DNA of 64,000 nucleotides from Sphingobacteriales bacterium (GTDB taxonomy: Bacteria > Bacteroidota > Bacteroidia > AKYH767-A > OLB10), in the NCBI GenBank assembly GCA_021299095.1, contig JAJTFW010000002.1:138133-202132 (forward strand), written 5' to 3'. The position numbers and the translations under genes are program-made. Below the pieces are notes generated by a model. The model was not told the origin of the DNA, searched no databases, and saw only the letters and a program-made list of their open reading frames with translations. This document shows, one piece after another, positions 21,398 to 30,631 of this stretch. The stretch's first letter is position 1, and every line of letters begins with the position of its first letter.

Positions 21398-22066
21398 TCA
21401 AACCGGGTTGAGACGGCCTTCCTCCACCTTTACGACACGTGAAGGAAATCGATCCATCAACGCATAGTTGTGTGTTACCATTACCACCGCCCTGCTGTTC
21501 CGGCTGATGTCGAATAACAGGTTCATGATTTCATAACTGGTATCCGGGTCCAAGTTGCCTGTAGGTTCATCGGCAAGTATGAGATCAGGGTCATTCAACA
21601 GGGCACGCGCAATAACTAGGCGCTGTTGCTCGCCTCCAGACAATTCGTGGGGTAGCTTAAATGCCTTGGTAGTGAGCCCGACTTTAGACAGCACTTCATC
21701 AACGCGGGCATCCATGGCCTTCAGGTCGGTCCAACCGGTTGCCTTGAGGTAAAAAACAAGATTCTCGCGAGCCGAGCGATCGGTAAGCAATTGAAAATCC
21801 TGAAAGATGATACCGAGCTTACGTCGCAGGGCGGGAATATCCTGGCTCTTCAAGTCGTGCAAATTGAAACCCGCTACCGTACCCTGACCCAGCAGCAAGG
21901 GCAAATCACCATACAACAGGCGCATGATACTGCTCTTTCCACTACCGGTTTTCCCAATCAGATATACAAATTCTCCCCTGCTGACGCTTAGGTTCACATT
22001 GTCGAGCACCAGATTTTTGTTGTGGAAAATACTGGCGTGGCGGAGGTCGATGATGGTATCAGACAT
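21398..22066 (-). CDS. ftsE: cell division ATP-binding protein FtsE
   Basis: 222 aa. Walker [10 protein letters not shown], signature LSGGEQQR, Walker [12 protein letters not shown]. Confidence 0.9.
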   Translation of the reverse strand: MSDTIIDLRHASIFHNKNLVLDNVNLSVSRGEFVYLIGKTGSGKSSIMRLLYGDLPLLLGQGTVAGFNLHDLKSQDIPALRRKLGIIFQDFQLLTDRSARENLVFYLKATGWTDLKAMDARVDEVLSKVGLTTKAFKLPHELSGGEQQRLVIARALLNDPDLILADEPTGNLDPDTSYEIMNLLFDISRNSRAVVMVTHNYALMDRFPSRVVKVEEGRLNPV

Positions 22067-22083
22067 GATTTAATGCGTGGAGC

Positions 22084-22299
22084 TCAGGTCAATTCGAGGG
22101 TTTGAACTTTACCATAGGGTATGGCATTCAAAAATTCCATGATGCGAGGCTCATGGTCTGAAAGACCAACCTTCACCAGGGATTTTTCAGGTCGATCGAG
22201 CCGGAAATAAGCCAGCAGATTGAAGTCCGCATCGCGCAATTGCACGTAATCCGGGATTTTGGCTTTGCCCTGAATTTTCAGGATGTGGTAGGTTGCCAT
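22084..22299 (-). CDS. hypothetical small protein (71 aa) immediately upstream of ftsE
   Basis: It lies 17 nt upstream of ftsE on the same strand and is preceded by a -7 promoter motif. No family recognised. Confidence 0.4.
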   Translation of the reverse strand: MATYHILKIQGKAKIPDYVQLRDADFNLLAYFRLDRPEKSLVKVGLSDHEPRIMEFLNAIPYGKVQTLELT

Positions 22300-22309
22300 T
22301 GGTCTTGTG

Positions 22310-22317
22310 CAAACTTA
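22310..22317 (-). promoter_or_regulatory. -7 promoter element (TAagTTTG) 11 nt upstream of the 71-aa ORF
   Basis: Exact TAnnTTTG match on the minus strand. Confidence 0.35.
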
Positions 22318-22365
22318 GGGTGGAATCACGTAGTAATCCGGACGAATCGAACGCATTTTTCAACC

Positions 22366-22398
22366 GCAAAAAAGAAGGCCGCCCTTTGGGGGCGGCCT
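22366..22398 (-). terminator. Rho-independent terminator after the gldJ/gldK-like gene
   Basis: On the minus strand: GGCCGCCC-CCAAA-GGGCGGCC hairpin followed by TTCTTTTTTG. Confidence 0.65.
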
Positions 22399-22426
22399 GT
22401 AGATTTCATGAGAGATGAACTTACGA

Positions 22427-23695
22427 TTAGCGGCGTTTACTATTGTATGTTGCATAGTCGGGCTCGTCGCCATCGATGTAGTTAATGTTATCGGCCTTCT
22501 GGTAATTACGGCGGCTGGCAGCTTCCTGCTCGGTGACATCACGGTATTGTACGCGACCAAGGCTATCTTTTTCAGCAATCGAACCTTCTTCGTCTGTGAG
22601 CTGTGTTTGATACACGTTACCACGGAAGGATCGGAAATCGGTCTTGTCTTCGTGCGAGAGCGGACGATAAACATCCATCACCCATTCCGCTACGTTACCA
22701 CCCATGTTGTACAGGCCGTAATCGTTGGGCAGATATGAATAGACCGGAGCAGTGATGTCGGCATTGTCATTCAAACGACCGGCAACCCCCATGTTGTCAC
22801 CACGACCACGCTTAAAGTTGGCCAGCATTTCACCTTGCCACTTGTCATCAGCGTTACGAACCGCATTCCCGTTCCAAGGATACAGTTTCCGACCGTTTAC
22901 ATTTTCGTACACCGTATTTCCGATTAATGCCAATGAGGCAAATTCCCATTCGGCCTCGGTGGGGAGACGGTATTTCGGAAGAAGGATTCCATCCTCCATG
23001 CGAACTTTACGCGTATCAACGTTGGGATTGAGGTCGACCAGCGGACTACGCACCAGTCCTTCGTATTGCCCAGCGAGGTAGGCATCGGTGTTGAAGTTAT
23101 CTTCGTTTACCTGGGCAGGATTCACCCGTAGAATTCCTTCACGAATCATGATTTGTTCGTTCACCCGATCGGTGCGCCATTTGCAGTAATCGGTGGCTTG
23201 CAACCAATTCACACCAACCACCGGGTAGTCTTGGTAGGCGGGGTGGCGCAGGTACAGATCAACATAGGGCTCGTTGTATGCCAAACGATCACGCCACACC
23301 AAGGTATCCGGCAATGCACGTTTGTATACATCCGGATAATCGTTACCAAATACGCGGCTGAGCCAATACAGGTATTCGAGCCAGTAAATGTTGGACACCT
23401 CGGTTTCGTCGATGTAATAGGACGATACGGTTACACGGCGGGGAATGTTATCCCAGTCTTGGATAACATCCTGTTCGGTGCGACCCATCACAAAGGTTCC
23501 ACCTTCGATCAGCACAAGGCCCGGTCCGGTTTCCTGCTCCGTGTACGGAACAACTTCGAAACCACCGTTTTCCTCGTCATTGACATTCCAGCCTGTAGCA
23601 CCGGACTTGTCACCACCTCCTCGGCAGGAGGACATGAACACAGCGCCGATCACAAGTAGGGGCAGGGCAAGACTTTTCATCTTCATGCTCAACAT
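22427..23695 (-). CDS. FGE-sulfatase (SUMF1) domain gliding-motility lipoprotein, GldJ/GldK (PorK) family
   Basis: 422 aa. Lipoprotein signal (…AVFMSSC). N-terminal TGWNVNDEENGGF…PGLVLIEGGTFVMG matches the GldJ/GldK pattern. A formylglycine-enzyme-like fold follows. Confidence 0.75.
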   Translation of the reverse strand: MLSMKMKSLALPLLVIGAVFMSSCRGGGDKSGATGWNVNDEENGGFEVVPYTEQETGPGLVLIEGGTFVMGRTEQDVIQDWDNIPRRVTVSSYYIDETEVSNIYWLEYLYWLSRVFGNDYPDVYKRALPDTLVWRDRLAYNEPYVDLYLRHPAYQDYPVVGVNWLQATDYCKWRTDRVNEQIMIREGILRVNPAQVNEDNFNTDAYLAGQYEGLVRSPLVDLNPNVDTRKVRMEDGILLPKYRLPTEAEWEFASLALIGNTVYENVNGRKLYPWNGNAVRNADDKWQGEMLANFKRGRGDNMGVAGRLNDNADITAPVYSYLPNDYGLYNMGGNVAEWVMDVYRPLSHEDKTDFRSFRGNVYQTQLTDEEGSIAEKDSLGRVQYRDVTEQEAASRRNYQKADNINYIDGDEPDYATYNSKRR

Positions 23696-23721
23696 GTTTG
23701 GGGAACAAATATGCGAAATAA

Positions 23722-24732
23722 CTAGAAACTGGGGCAGCTTATTGCCCTGAAACGCTTCTTTTTAGGCCTACACTCGAATTGCATTCCCACACTGATTTCG
23801 TGGGAACCGCCGGTTGCATTGCTCAATGCCGATACCGTCACGTCGTAGGAGTAGCCGAATTTGAACATACCACGCTGAAGGCCAACCAGTGCGATGAAAC
23901 TATCAGAAGAAACGGCCTTGTCGCCACCGAAATTGGCACGGTACCACAATCCACCCATGATTGGCGAATTGATAATATACATACCCAGGTTCAACTGATT
24001 GAATGAAGCTTGTTGGTGGTACAATACGTTGGGAGAAATGTAGGTTCCCTCGTCGCGGTTCAGACGGCCTCTGTAGCTCCGGCCGTAGGTGTCGCCTATG
24101 GGCAGCATGGCTCCAAAGTGGGCCGTATACTTTCGGGGCAGCGGCGAAGTACCTTTTACAATAAAGGCCTCGTCGGGTTCAGTCAAGTGATGTACTGCGA
24201 AGCCTCCATAGACCGTGTTGGTGTAGCCCAAAACCCCAGCGGAAAAATCCATGAAGTTCCGGGATTCTGTCGGGCGCGTTTCCTGAGTAGCATAAACGAA
24301 TCCGTAGCGCGGATCGATCATATCACCAAAGGTTAACTTATTGAAATCGAGGGTATTCTGTACATAAGTAGCCTGTAAACCGAAACGCATACTAAAGCGA
24401 CGGTTCACGTTCAGCTGGTAGGAGTACATTGCACTGAGGTTCAGCTTATTGATGGTACCCTCACCGGCCTTATCCTGCAAAAACAGCACTCCTACCCCAC
24501 CATTAATCAGATCGAAATGCTGGTCGTAGCCGGCACTGGTGGTGATGTAGGTTTCCTTGAGGGCGGGCCACTGGTTCCGGTAGTTGAAATTCACGCGCGG
24601 ACATTTTGCCGAACCTGCGAATGCGGGATTCAGGTACAGTGGATTGGCATAAAACTGCGTGAACTGGGGATCCTGCGCACCGGCCACCAGGCTCAGCGCC
24701 GTCATTGCACACAGGATGAGGAAATGCTTCAT
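23722..24732 (-). CDS. type IX secretion system membrane protein PorP/SprF family
   Basis: Signal peptide MKHFLILCAMTALSLVAGAQ, then DPQFTQFYANPLYLNPAFAG, the hallmark PorP/SprF N-terminus. It is a roughly 337-aa beta-barrel. Met 24732 is preferred over the track start. Confidence 0.8.
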   Translation of the reverse strand: MKHFLILCAMTALSLVAGAQDPQFTQFYANPLYLNPAFAGSAKCPRVNFNYRNQWPALKETYITTSAGYDQHFDLINGGVGVLFLQDKAGEGTINKLNLSAMYSYQLNVNRRFSMRFGLQATYVQNTLDFNKLTFGDMIDPRYGFVYATQETRPTESRNFMDFSAGVLGYTNTVYGGFAVHHLTEPDEAFIVKGTSPLPRKYTAHFGAMLPIGDTYGRSYRGRLNRDEGTYISPNVLYHQQASFNQLNLGMYIINSPIMGGLWYRANFGGDKAVSSDSFIALVGLQRGMFKFGYSYDVTVSALSNATGGSHEISVGMQFECRPKKKRFRAISCPSF

Positions 24733-24767
24733 GTGAGGTTCTGTTGTATGGTGGTTTATACGCAGGC

Positions 24768-24775
24768 CTTTAATT
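24768..24775 (+). promoter_or_regulatory. candidate -7 promoter element (TAatTTTG) 155 nt upstream of porU
   Basis: Exact TAnnTTTG match on the plus strand in the 198-nt porP/porU divergent spacer. The long distance to the ATG lowers confidence. Confidence 0.2.
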
Positions 24776-24879
24776 TTGTTTCGTTTTCGCCAAATTCGTC
24801 GGGCAATACCGAATCCGACTTGTCGTTTCTTAGGAGCACTGACCTGACTCCAAAGATGCGAAAACGATTGGAATTGCGA

Positions 24880-24887
24880 CAAATGTA
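24880..24887 (-). promoter_or_regulatory. candidate -7 promoter element (TAcaTTTG) 148 nt upstream of porP
   Basis: Exact TAnnTTTG match on the minus strand in the same spacer. Together with 24768..24775 it would give criss-crossed divergent promoters. Confidence 0.2.
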
Positions 24888-24930
24888 TACGAATCCGACT
24901 CAAACCCGATCGTCGGATTGACCACCCTGC

Positions 24931-27900
24931 ATGAAAAAACTCCTCATCATCGTTTTGCTCCTTTCAGGGATTCACCTGAACCTCTTTTCACAAGCTTTCA
25001 AACCGTCATCGGACGCTGCCGACATCTCTTACCAGCTAGAGTGGCTTAGCGACGAGTCGGGACGCATCTCCTTCCGAAACGCAGAGCATCCGGACTTTTT
25101 CAATGGCTTACCAGCCCTGGCCATCAAGAACAAGGATGAAATCGTGTCGGCTGTTGTGACAAACGCCCGCTACGAAACCGTGGATTCAAAATTGGCATCA
25201 CCTATTTCCGAATTCATCAGCAATGACCCGCAGCTGGAAGCGGTCGTGCTGGAATCCGGGAAAGAACGCCAATCGCTGTTGTATGTGTTGCCGTTCAGGC
25301 GAAATGCACTCAGCGGACAGATTGAACGATTGCTTTCGTTTGGGCTCGACCTGACCACGAGACCATTTCCAAATCTTCCTACCGCCCGAGCTGCCACTGC
25401 TTCCGCTTTCAACACACAATCAGTTCTTTCGTCAGGTGACTGGTTCAGATTCACCGTACACACTGATGGAATTTACGCCCTATCATATGCAGACCTGTCG
25501 AGCTTGGGAATCGTGGCTAACGCCACACCCACTTCCTCCCTGCGCTTGTTCGGCAACGGTGGCGGCATGGTGCCACTAGCTAACAGTACCGACCGCGCCG
25601 ATGACTTGCAGGAATGTGCCGTTGAAGTAGCGGACCTGGACAATGATGGACTTTTTGGTGAAGGCGACCAGTTGTTTTTTTATGGGCAGGGCCCCGATCG
25701 ATGGTCTTATAGGCCAACCGAGAAGCAATACGTCCACCAAAAACACCTTTTCTCCGATTCCACTTCCTACTATTTGACTCTTAGGGATACAGGTACACCC
25801 AGGCGGATCACCCCAGACCCGGGCATTCCTGCTCAACCTGACATGCCACTGGTCACTTCCTTCACCGATGTGGGATTCCACGAGGAGGACATCCGAAACT
25901 TCATCAAATCAGGGCGAAATTGGTATGGTGAGGCCTTTGATGTGACCCTAAGTCAGCGCTTCAGCTTCACCTTTCCAAACCTAATTCCCGGAACGGTGCG
26001 TCTGCGCTCCAACGTTGCTGCGCGCACATCCACATCCACAGCAACCAGCAGCCGTTTCTCCGTGTCGTACAATAACACCACAGTACTTACACACACGGTA
26101 CCGAATGTCGGCACAAGTTACACCGACGACTTTGCGCGCACATCGTTTCTTAAAACTACGTTCCAGGCTGGAACAGGCCCCGACCTTAGCCTTACCTATA
26201 CCTTCCAGCCATATAACGCAAGCTCATCCGGATGGCTTGACTACGTTTCAGTCAACGTCCAACGCGAACTCCGTTTTGCCGGAAACCAGTTGTTCTTCCG
26301 CGACGAAGACAGCCTTGGCAACGGCAGTAATCTGCAACGCACCTACCGGATTGAAGGAGTTGACAATTCCCTACGACTTTGGAACATCAGCCAACACAAC
26401 AACGTACGCTCTCAACTTTTCAGCCTCAACGCACAAACCGCTGAATTTTCGCAAAACGTTTCATTGAGTTCGCAGGCTAACTACGCTTTATTCAACGAAA
26501 ACGCACTACTGAAGCCCACCTTCTCAGGACGCATAGGCAATCAAAACCTGCACGGGCTCACTGCTGCGCAGTACCTCATCATCAGCCCTTCCTTTCTGAT
26601 TCCGGAAGCCGAGCGCCTAGCCGAATTTCACCGAACGCAGGACAATCTAAGTGCACATGTTGTTGCACTAGAAGACATCTATAACGAGTTCTCGTCGGGC
26701 GCACAGGACATCGCTGCCATTCGCGATTTCATTCGCATGTTTCACGTCCGCTACAGTGGCACTCCAGATGCATTGCGTTATGTTCTATTGTTCGGCGATG
26801 GCTCGTATGACCACAAGGATCGCATCAGCGGAAATTCAAACCTGATCCCAACTTTTCAATCGGAAAATTCGGTGTCCCTACTTATCTCCTATACTTCAGA
26901 TGATTTTTATACTATGCTTGATGAGGGTGAGGGAACGTTGGTCGGACCCGAGTTACCCGATGTCGGCATCGGCCGCATACCCGTTAAAACAATCGAGCAA
27001 GCACGCGAGCAAGTCGAGAAAATTATCCGCTACAGCACGCCTGGTGAAGATGGAGGAGCAACCAATTGTGCAGGAAACTCCACTCTGCGGCTAGGTGATT
27101 GGAGAAACGCCCTGTGCTTCATCGCCGACGATCAAGACCGAAACCTGCACTTGCGCCAGAGTGAACGGATACTTGCGATTGCCCAGCAATTTTCACCGGC
27201 ATCTACCATCGATAAAATCGTTCTTGATGCCTACAACCAGGTTTCGACTCCCGGAGGACCAAGGTATCCGGATGTCAATGAAGCCATCGATCGCAGAATC
27301 CAAAAAGGTGCCTTGCTGGTGAATTACACCGGGCATGGCGGCGAATTGGGCTGGGCCTCCGAGGCTATCTTGAACAATGACATGATTAACAGCTGGAGTA
27401 ATGCCAATACACTACCGGCCTTTATTACAGCTACCTGTGAATTCAGCCGTTACGACGATCCGCAACGCACCGCAGCCGGCGAATTCGTTTTACTGAACGT
27501 ATCCGGCGGCGGCATCTGCCTTTTCACAACCGTCCGCTTGGCATTTGCCATCGAAAACGAACTCATCAACTCGAATATGATCAAACGCATGTTCACTCCT
27601 TTAAATGGTGAAATGCCCCGGGCTGGTGATATCATTCGATTGTCAAAGACTGACAATCCATCTAACAGAAACGTAACCCTGTTAGGCGACCCGGCGCTTC
27701 GTTTATCCTATCCGAAACACAAAGTGAACACAACGGCCATCGAGGAAGCCAGCACAGGCCTCCCTGCCGATACCCTTCGGTCCCTTAATAAAATCACCGT
27801 CCGCGGACGCATCGAGGATCAAAGCGGTAATCCGCTGAACGGGTTCAATGGCTTGATTTACCCGACGGTGTTCGATAAATCCGGAAAAGTGTACACCCTT

Positions 27901-28809
27901 GTAAACGACCAATCGGGATCGGACATCAGCCTACCGGACAGCTTTATGCTTCGCAGTAACACGCTCTATAAGGGAAAGGCGAGCGTCCGAAACGGCGAAT
28001 TCAGCTGCACCTTTATTGTACCGAAAGACATTTCCATCCAATATGGAAGCGGCCGTATCAGCTATTACGCCCACAATGGCGCGGAGGATGCCCAGGGAGT
28101 AAACGAATCCATCGTAATCGGCGGCATCGGGTCACTGGCCTTATCGGACAACGCTGGCCCCGAAATTCGTTTGTACATGAACGACGAAGGGTTCGTCCCA
28201 GGAAGTATGACCAGCCCAAATCCGTTAGTATATGCAGTTCTCACCGATTCGAGTGGAATCAACACAGTGGGTAATGGTATCGGTCATGATATCACTGCGC
28301 AGCTTGATGGAAAACCCAACCTACTCTATGTGTTGAATGATTTCTATGAATCAGACCTCGACTCCTATCAGAAAGGCAAAGTGCGATTCCCGCTAGAGGG
28401 ATTGAGTGAAGGAACCCACACCCTTGTTCTGAAAGCCTGGGACATCAACAATAATTCCAGTGAGCAGCGAATTGAATTCGTGGTTGCCAGTTCAGAGCGG
28501 CTCGCCCTGGACCGTGTTCTGAATTATCCGAACCCGTTCACCACACGAACCACCTTCATGTTCGAACACAATAAACCCTGCGAGGGCATGGCCGTTCAGG
28601 TGCAGGTGTTCACTGTAAGTGGGAAATTGGTCAAGACCCTTGACAGCTACCAGATTTGCGAGGGCTTTCGAAACAGCCCCCTCGAATGGGACGGTAGAGA
28701 CGACTTTGGTGACCCCCTGGGTAAGGGAGTCTATGTTTATCGGCTTAAGGTCCGCACTGCCGATGGGGAAACGGCACAAAAGACTGAAAAGCTGGTGCTT
28801 TTACGGTAA
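24931..28809 (+). CDS. porU: type IX secretion system sortase PorU (peptidase C25/gingipain-like) with C-terminal T9SS sorting domain
   Basis: 1292 aa. Signal peptide. Gingipain-like catalytic region (…NYTGHGGELGW… ITATCEFSRYDD). C-terminal CTD (NYPNPF… GVYVYRLKV…). It sits immediately upstream of porV. Confidence 0.8.
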   Translation: MKKLLIIVLLLSGIHLNLFSQAFKPSSDAADISYQLEWLSDESGRISFRNAEHPDFFNGLPALAIKNKDEIVSAVVTNARYETVDSKLASPISEFISNDPQLEAVVLESGKERQSLLYVLPFRRNALSGQIERLLSFGLDLTTRPFPNLPTARAATASAFNTQSVLSSGDWFRFTVHTDGIYALSYADLSSLGIVANATPTSSLRLFGNGGGMVPLANSTDRADDLQECAVEVADLDNDGLFGEGDQLFFYGQGPDRWSYRPTEKQYVHQKHLFSDSTSYYLTLRDTGTPRRITPDPGIPAQPDMPLVTSFTDVGFHEEDIRNFIKSGRNWYGEAFDVTLSQRFSFTFPNLIPGTVRLRSNVAARTSTSTATSSRFSVSYNNTTVLTHTVPNVGTSYTDDFARTSFLKTTFQAGTGPDLSLTYTFQPYNASSSGWLDYVSVNVQRELRFAGNQLFFRDEDSLGNGSNLQRTYRIEGVDNSLRLWNISQHNNVRSQLFSLNAQTAEFSQNVSLSSQANYALFNENALLKPTFSGRIGNQNLHGLTAAQYLIISPSFLIPEAERLAEFHRTQDNLSAHVVALEDIYNEFSSGAQDIAAIRDFIRMFHVRYSGTPDALRYVLLFGDGSYDHKDRISGNSNLIPTFQSENSVSLLISYTSDDFYTMLDEGEGTLVGPELPDVGIGRIPVKTIEQAREQVEKIIRYSTPGEDGGATNCAGNSTLRLGDWRNALCFIADDQDRNLHLRQSERILAIAQQFSPASTIDKIVLDAYNQVSTPGGPRYPDVNEAIDRRIQKGALLVNYTGHGGELGWASEAILNNDMINSWSNANTLPAFITATCEFSRYDDPQRTAAGEFVLLNVSGGGICLFTTVRLAFAIENELINSNMIKRMFTPLNGEMPRAGDIIRLSKTDNPSNRNVTLLGDPALRLSYPKHKVNTTAIEEASTGLPADTLRSLNKITVRGRIEDQSGNPLNGFNGLIYPTVFDKSGKVYTLVNDQSGSDISLPDSFMLRSNTLYKGKASVRNGEFSCTFIVPKDISIQYGSGRISYYAHNGAEDAQGVNESIVIGGIGSLALSDNAGPEIRLYMNDEGFVPGSMTSPNPLVYAVLTDSSGINTVGNGIGHDITAQLDGKPNLLYVLNDFYESDLDSYQKGKVRFPLEGLSEGTHTLVLKAWDINNNSSEQRIEFVVASSERLALDRVLNYPNPFTTRTTFMFEHNKPCEGMAVQVQVFTVSGKLVKTLDSYQICEGFRNSPLEWDGRDDFGDPLGKGVYVYRLKVRTADGETAQKTEKLVLLR

Positions 28810-28862
28810 TCCGACCTCACATTCTGTTCACAGGCTGCACAATAAGCGGCGGTCGAAATCGT

Positions 28863-28870
28863 TATATTTG
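28863..28870 (+). promoter_or_regulatory. -7 promoter element (TAtaTTTG) 17 nt upstream of the porV ATG
   Basis: Exact TAnnTTTG match. It suggests porV has its own promoter in addition to read-through from porU. Confidence 0.35.
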
Positions 28871-28886
28871 TCCTTCTCATGATACC

Positions 28887-30137
28887 ATGCTTACCGGATT
28901 CGACATTCCGGAGCGATTACCCAACACAATGATGCGCTTATCGAACCTCAAGTCGGCTTTGTTTCCGGCTCTTCTCTTCTTCTCCATTGCACCGGCTTCG
29001 GCACAACAATCGAACCTGCTCGGACAAATCAACACCATCACCACCGCTGTACCCTTCATCATGATTTCGCCGGACGCACGTGCCGGAGGTATGGGAGATG
29101 TAGGCGTTGCATCGGCACCGGATGTCAATTCCATACACTGGAATGCGGCGAAACTGGCCTTTGCCGAGAATAAAATGGGATTCGGCGTGTCGTACACACC
29201 CTGGCTTCGCGCCCTGGTGAACGACATGTTCATTGCATACATTTCGGGTTACACCAAACTCAAGGGAGACCAAACCCTCGCAAGTTCGCTGCGCTATTTC
29301 AGCCTTGGCAACATCACCTTTACGGATGTGAATGGAAACACCATCCGGGATTTCAAGCCGAATGAATTTGCCTTTGACCTGGCTTACTCCCGTAAATTGG
29401 GGGATAACCTTTCGGGCGGTATCGCACTGCGCTTTATCCACTCTAACCTAACCGGCGGAACCCAAGTTGAAGGGCAGGATTCGAAAGCAGGCAATACGGC
29501 AGCAGCTGATGTGTCGGTCTATTACGAGAAGGAAATCGAACTGGGCAACAAGGATGCGGTGTTGATGAGCGGCTTGAACATTTCCAACATTGGCGCCAAG
29601 ATCTCCTATACCCAGTCGGGCGTTAAGAATTTCATCCCGACAAACCTTCGACTTGGTCCGGGCTTGAAGATGCTACTGAATGACTACAACGAGTTGTCAT
29701 TCATGCTCGACATCAACAAACTCCTTGTGCCGACACCTCCAATCTATACCCAGGACACAGCCAACAGTGCCGAGAACATCGTCCTGTTCGGCAAGGATCC
29801 CGATGTGAGCGTAGCTCAGGGTATTTTCCAATCCTTCTCCGATGCTCCGAACGGATTCAGCGAAGAATTGCAGGAGATCAACATCGGTGTTGGCATGGAG
29901 TACTGGTATGACAAGCAGTTCGCATTTCGCGCCGGTTATTTCTACGAAGACAAGCGGAAAGGCAACCGCAAATACTTTACGCTGGGTGCAGGTTTACGTT
30001 ACAACGTATTCGGAATTGACTTGGCCTATTTGATCCCCACCAACCAGCGCAATCCGCTGGAGAACACCCTGCACTTCACCCTCACTTTCGACTTTGCCGA
30101 TGTGGGTGCAGCAAGTAACCGGGAAGAAACCGAATAA
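28887..30137 (+). CDS. porV: type IX secretion system outer membrane channel protein PorV (LptO)
   Basis: 416 aa. Signal peptide, then ITTAVPFIMISPDARAGGMGDVGVASAPD, the conserved PorV N-terminal motif. It is a beta-barrel with a C-terminal aromatic-rich region. Confidence 0.8.
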   Translation: MLTGFDIPERLPNTMMRLSNLKSALFPALLFFSIAPASAQQSNLLGQINTITTAVPFIMISPDARAGGMGDVGVASAPDVNSIHWNAAKLAFAENKMGFGVSYTPWLRALVNDMFIAYISGYTKLKGDQTLASSLRYFSLGNITFTDVNGNTIRDFKPNEFAFDLAYSRKLGDNLSGGIALRFIHSNLTGGTQVEGQDSKAGNTAAADVSVYYEKEIELGNKDAVLMSGLNISNIGAKISYTQSGVKNFIPTNLRLGPGLKMLLNDYNELSFMLDINKLLVPTPPIYTQDTANSAENIVLFGKDPDVSVAQGIFQSFSDAPNGFSEELQEINIGVGMEYWYDKQFAFRAGYFYEDKRKGNRKYFTLGAGLRYNVFGIDLAYLIPTNQRNPLENTLHFTLTFDFADVGAASNREETE

Positions 30138-30146
30138 ACCAATCCA

Positions 30147-30626
30147 TTGAATATTCGCGTCGGTTTCGGTTTTGATGTCCATCAACTGCAAGAGGGGCGC
30201 CCCCTTGTACTTGGCGGAGTTGAAATTGCGCACCACAAAGGCGCACTCGGACATTCGGATGCGGATGTACTGATTCATGCAATCTGCGATGCTCTGCTTG
30301 GTGCTGCCGGTCTAAAGGACATCGGGACTTATTTTCCAGACACATCGTCAGAGTTCAAAAACATCGACAGTAAGATTTTACTCACCCGCGTGATGACCCT
30401 GATCGGTGAACGTGGTTACCGGGTTGGCAATGTGGATGCCTCACTCATACTTGAGCGCCCGAAAATCAAGCCCCATATTGATGCCATGCGAATTACCCTG
30501 TCGGAAATCCTGAAGATAGGCTCGGAAGACATCAGTATCAAGGCTACGACCAATGAAAAAATGGGGTATGTGGGCCGTGAAGAAGGAGTTGCTGCCTATG
30601 CTGTCTGCCTCATTTCAAAAGACTGA
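30147..30626 (+). CDS. ispF: 2-C-methyl-D-erythritol 2,4-cyclodiphosphate synthase
   Basis: 159 aa. IRVGFGFDVH…HSDADV…motifs. Confidence 0.95.
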   Translation: MNIRVGFGFDVHQLQEGRPLVLGGVEIAHHKGALGHSDADVLIHAICDALLGAAGLKDIGTYFPDTSSEFKNIDSKILLTRVMTLIGERGYRVGNVDASLILERPKIKPHIDAMRITLSEILKIGSEDISIKATTNEKMGYVGREEGVAAYAVCLISKD

Positions 30627-30631
30627 GTTTA

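Noticed and set aside
22752-23659. 109-aa and 168-aa plus-strand ORFs inside the gldJ/gldK-like gene
   Set aside because: They are antisense shadow ORFs within a well-supported lipoprotein gene.
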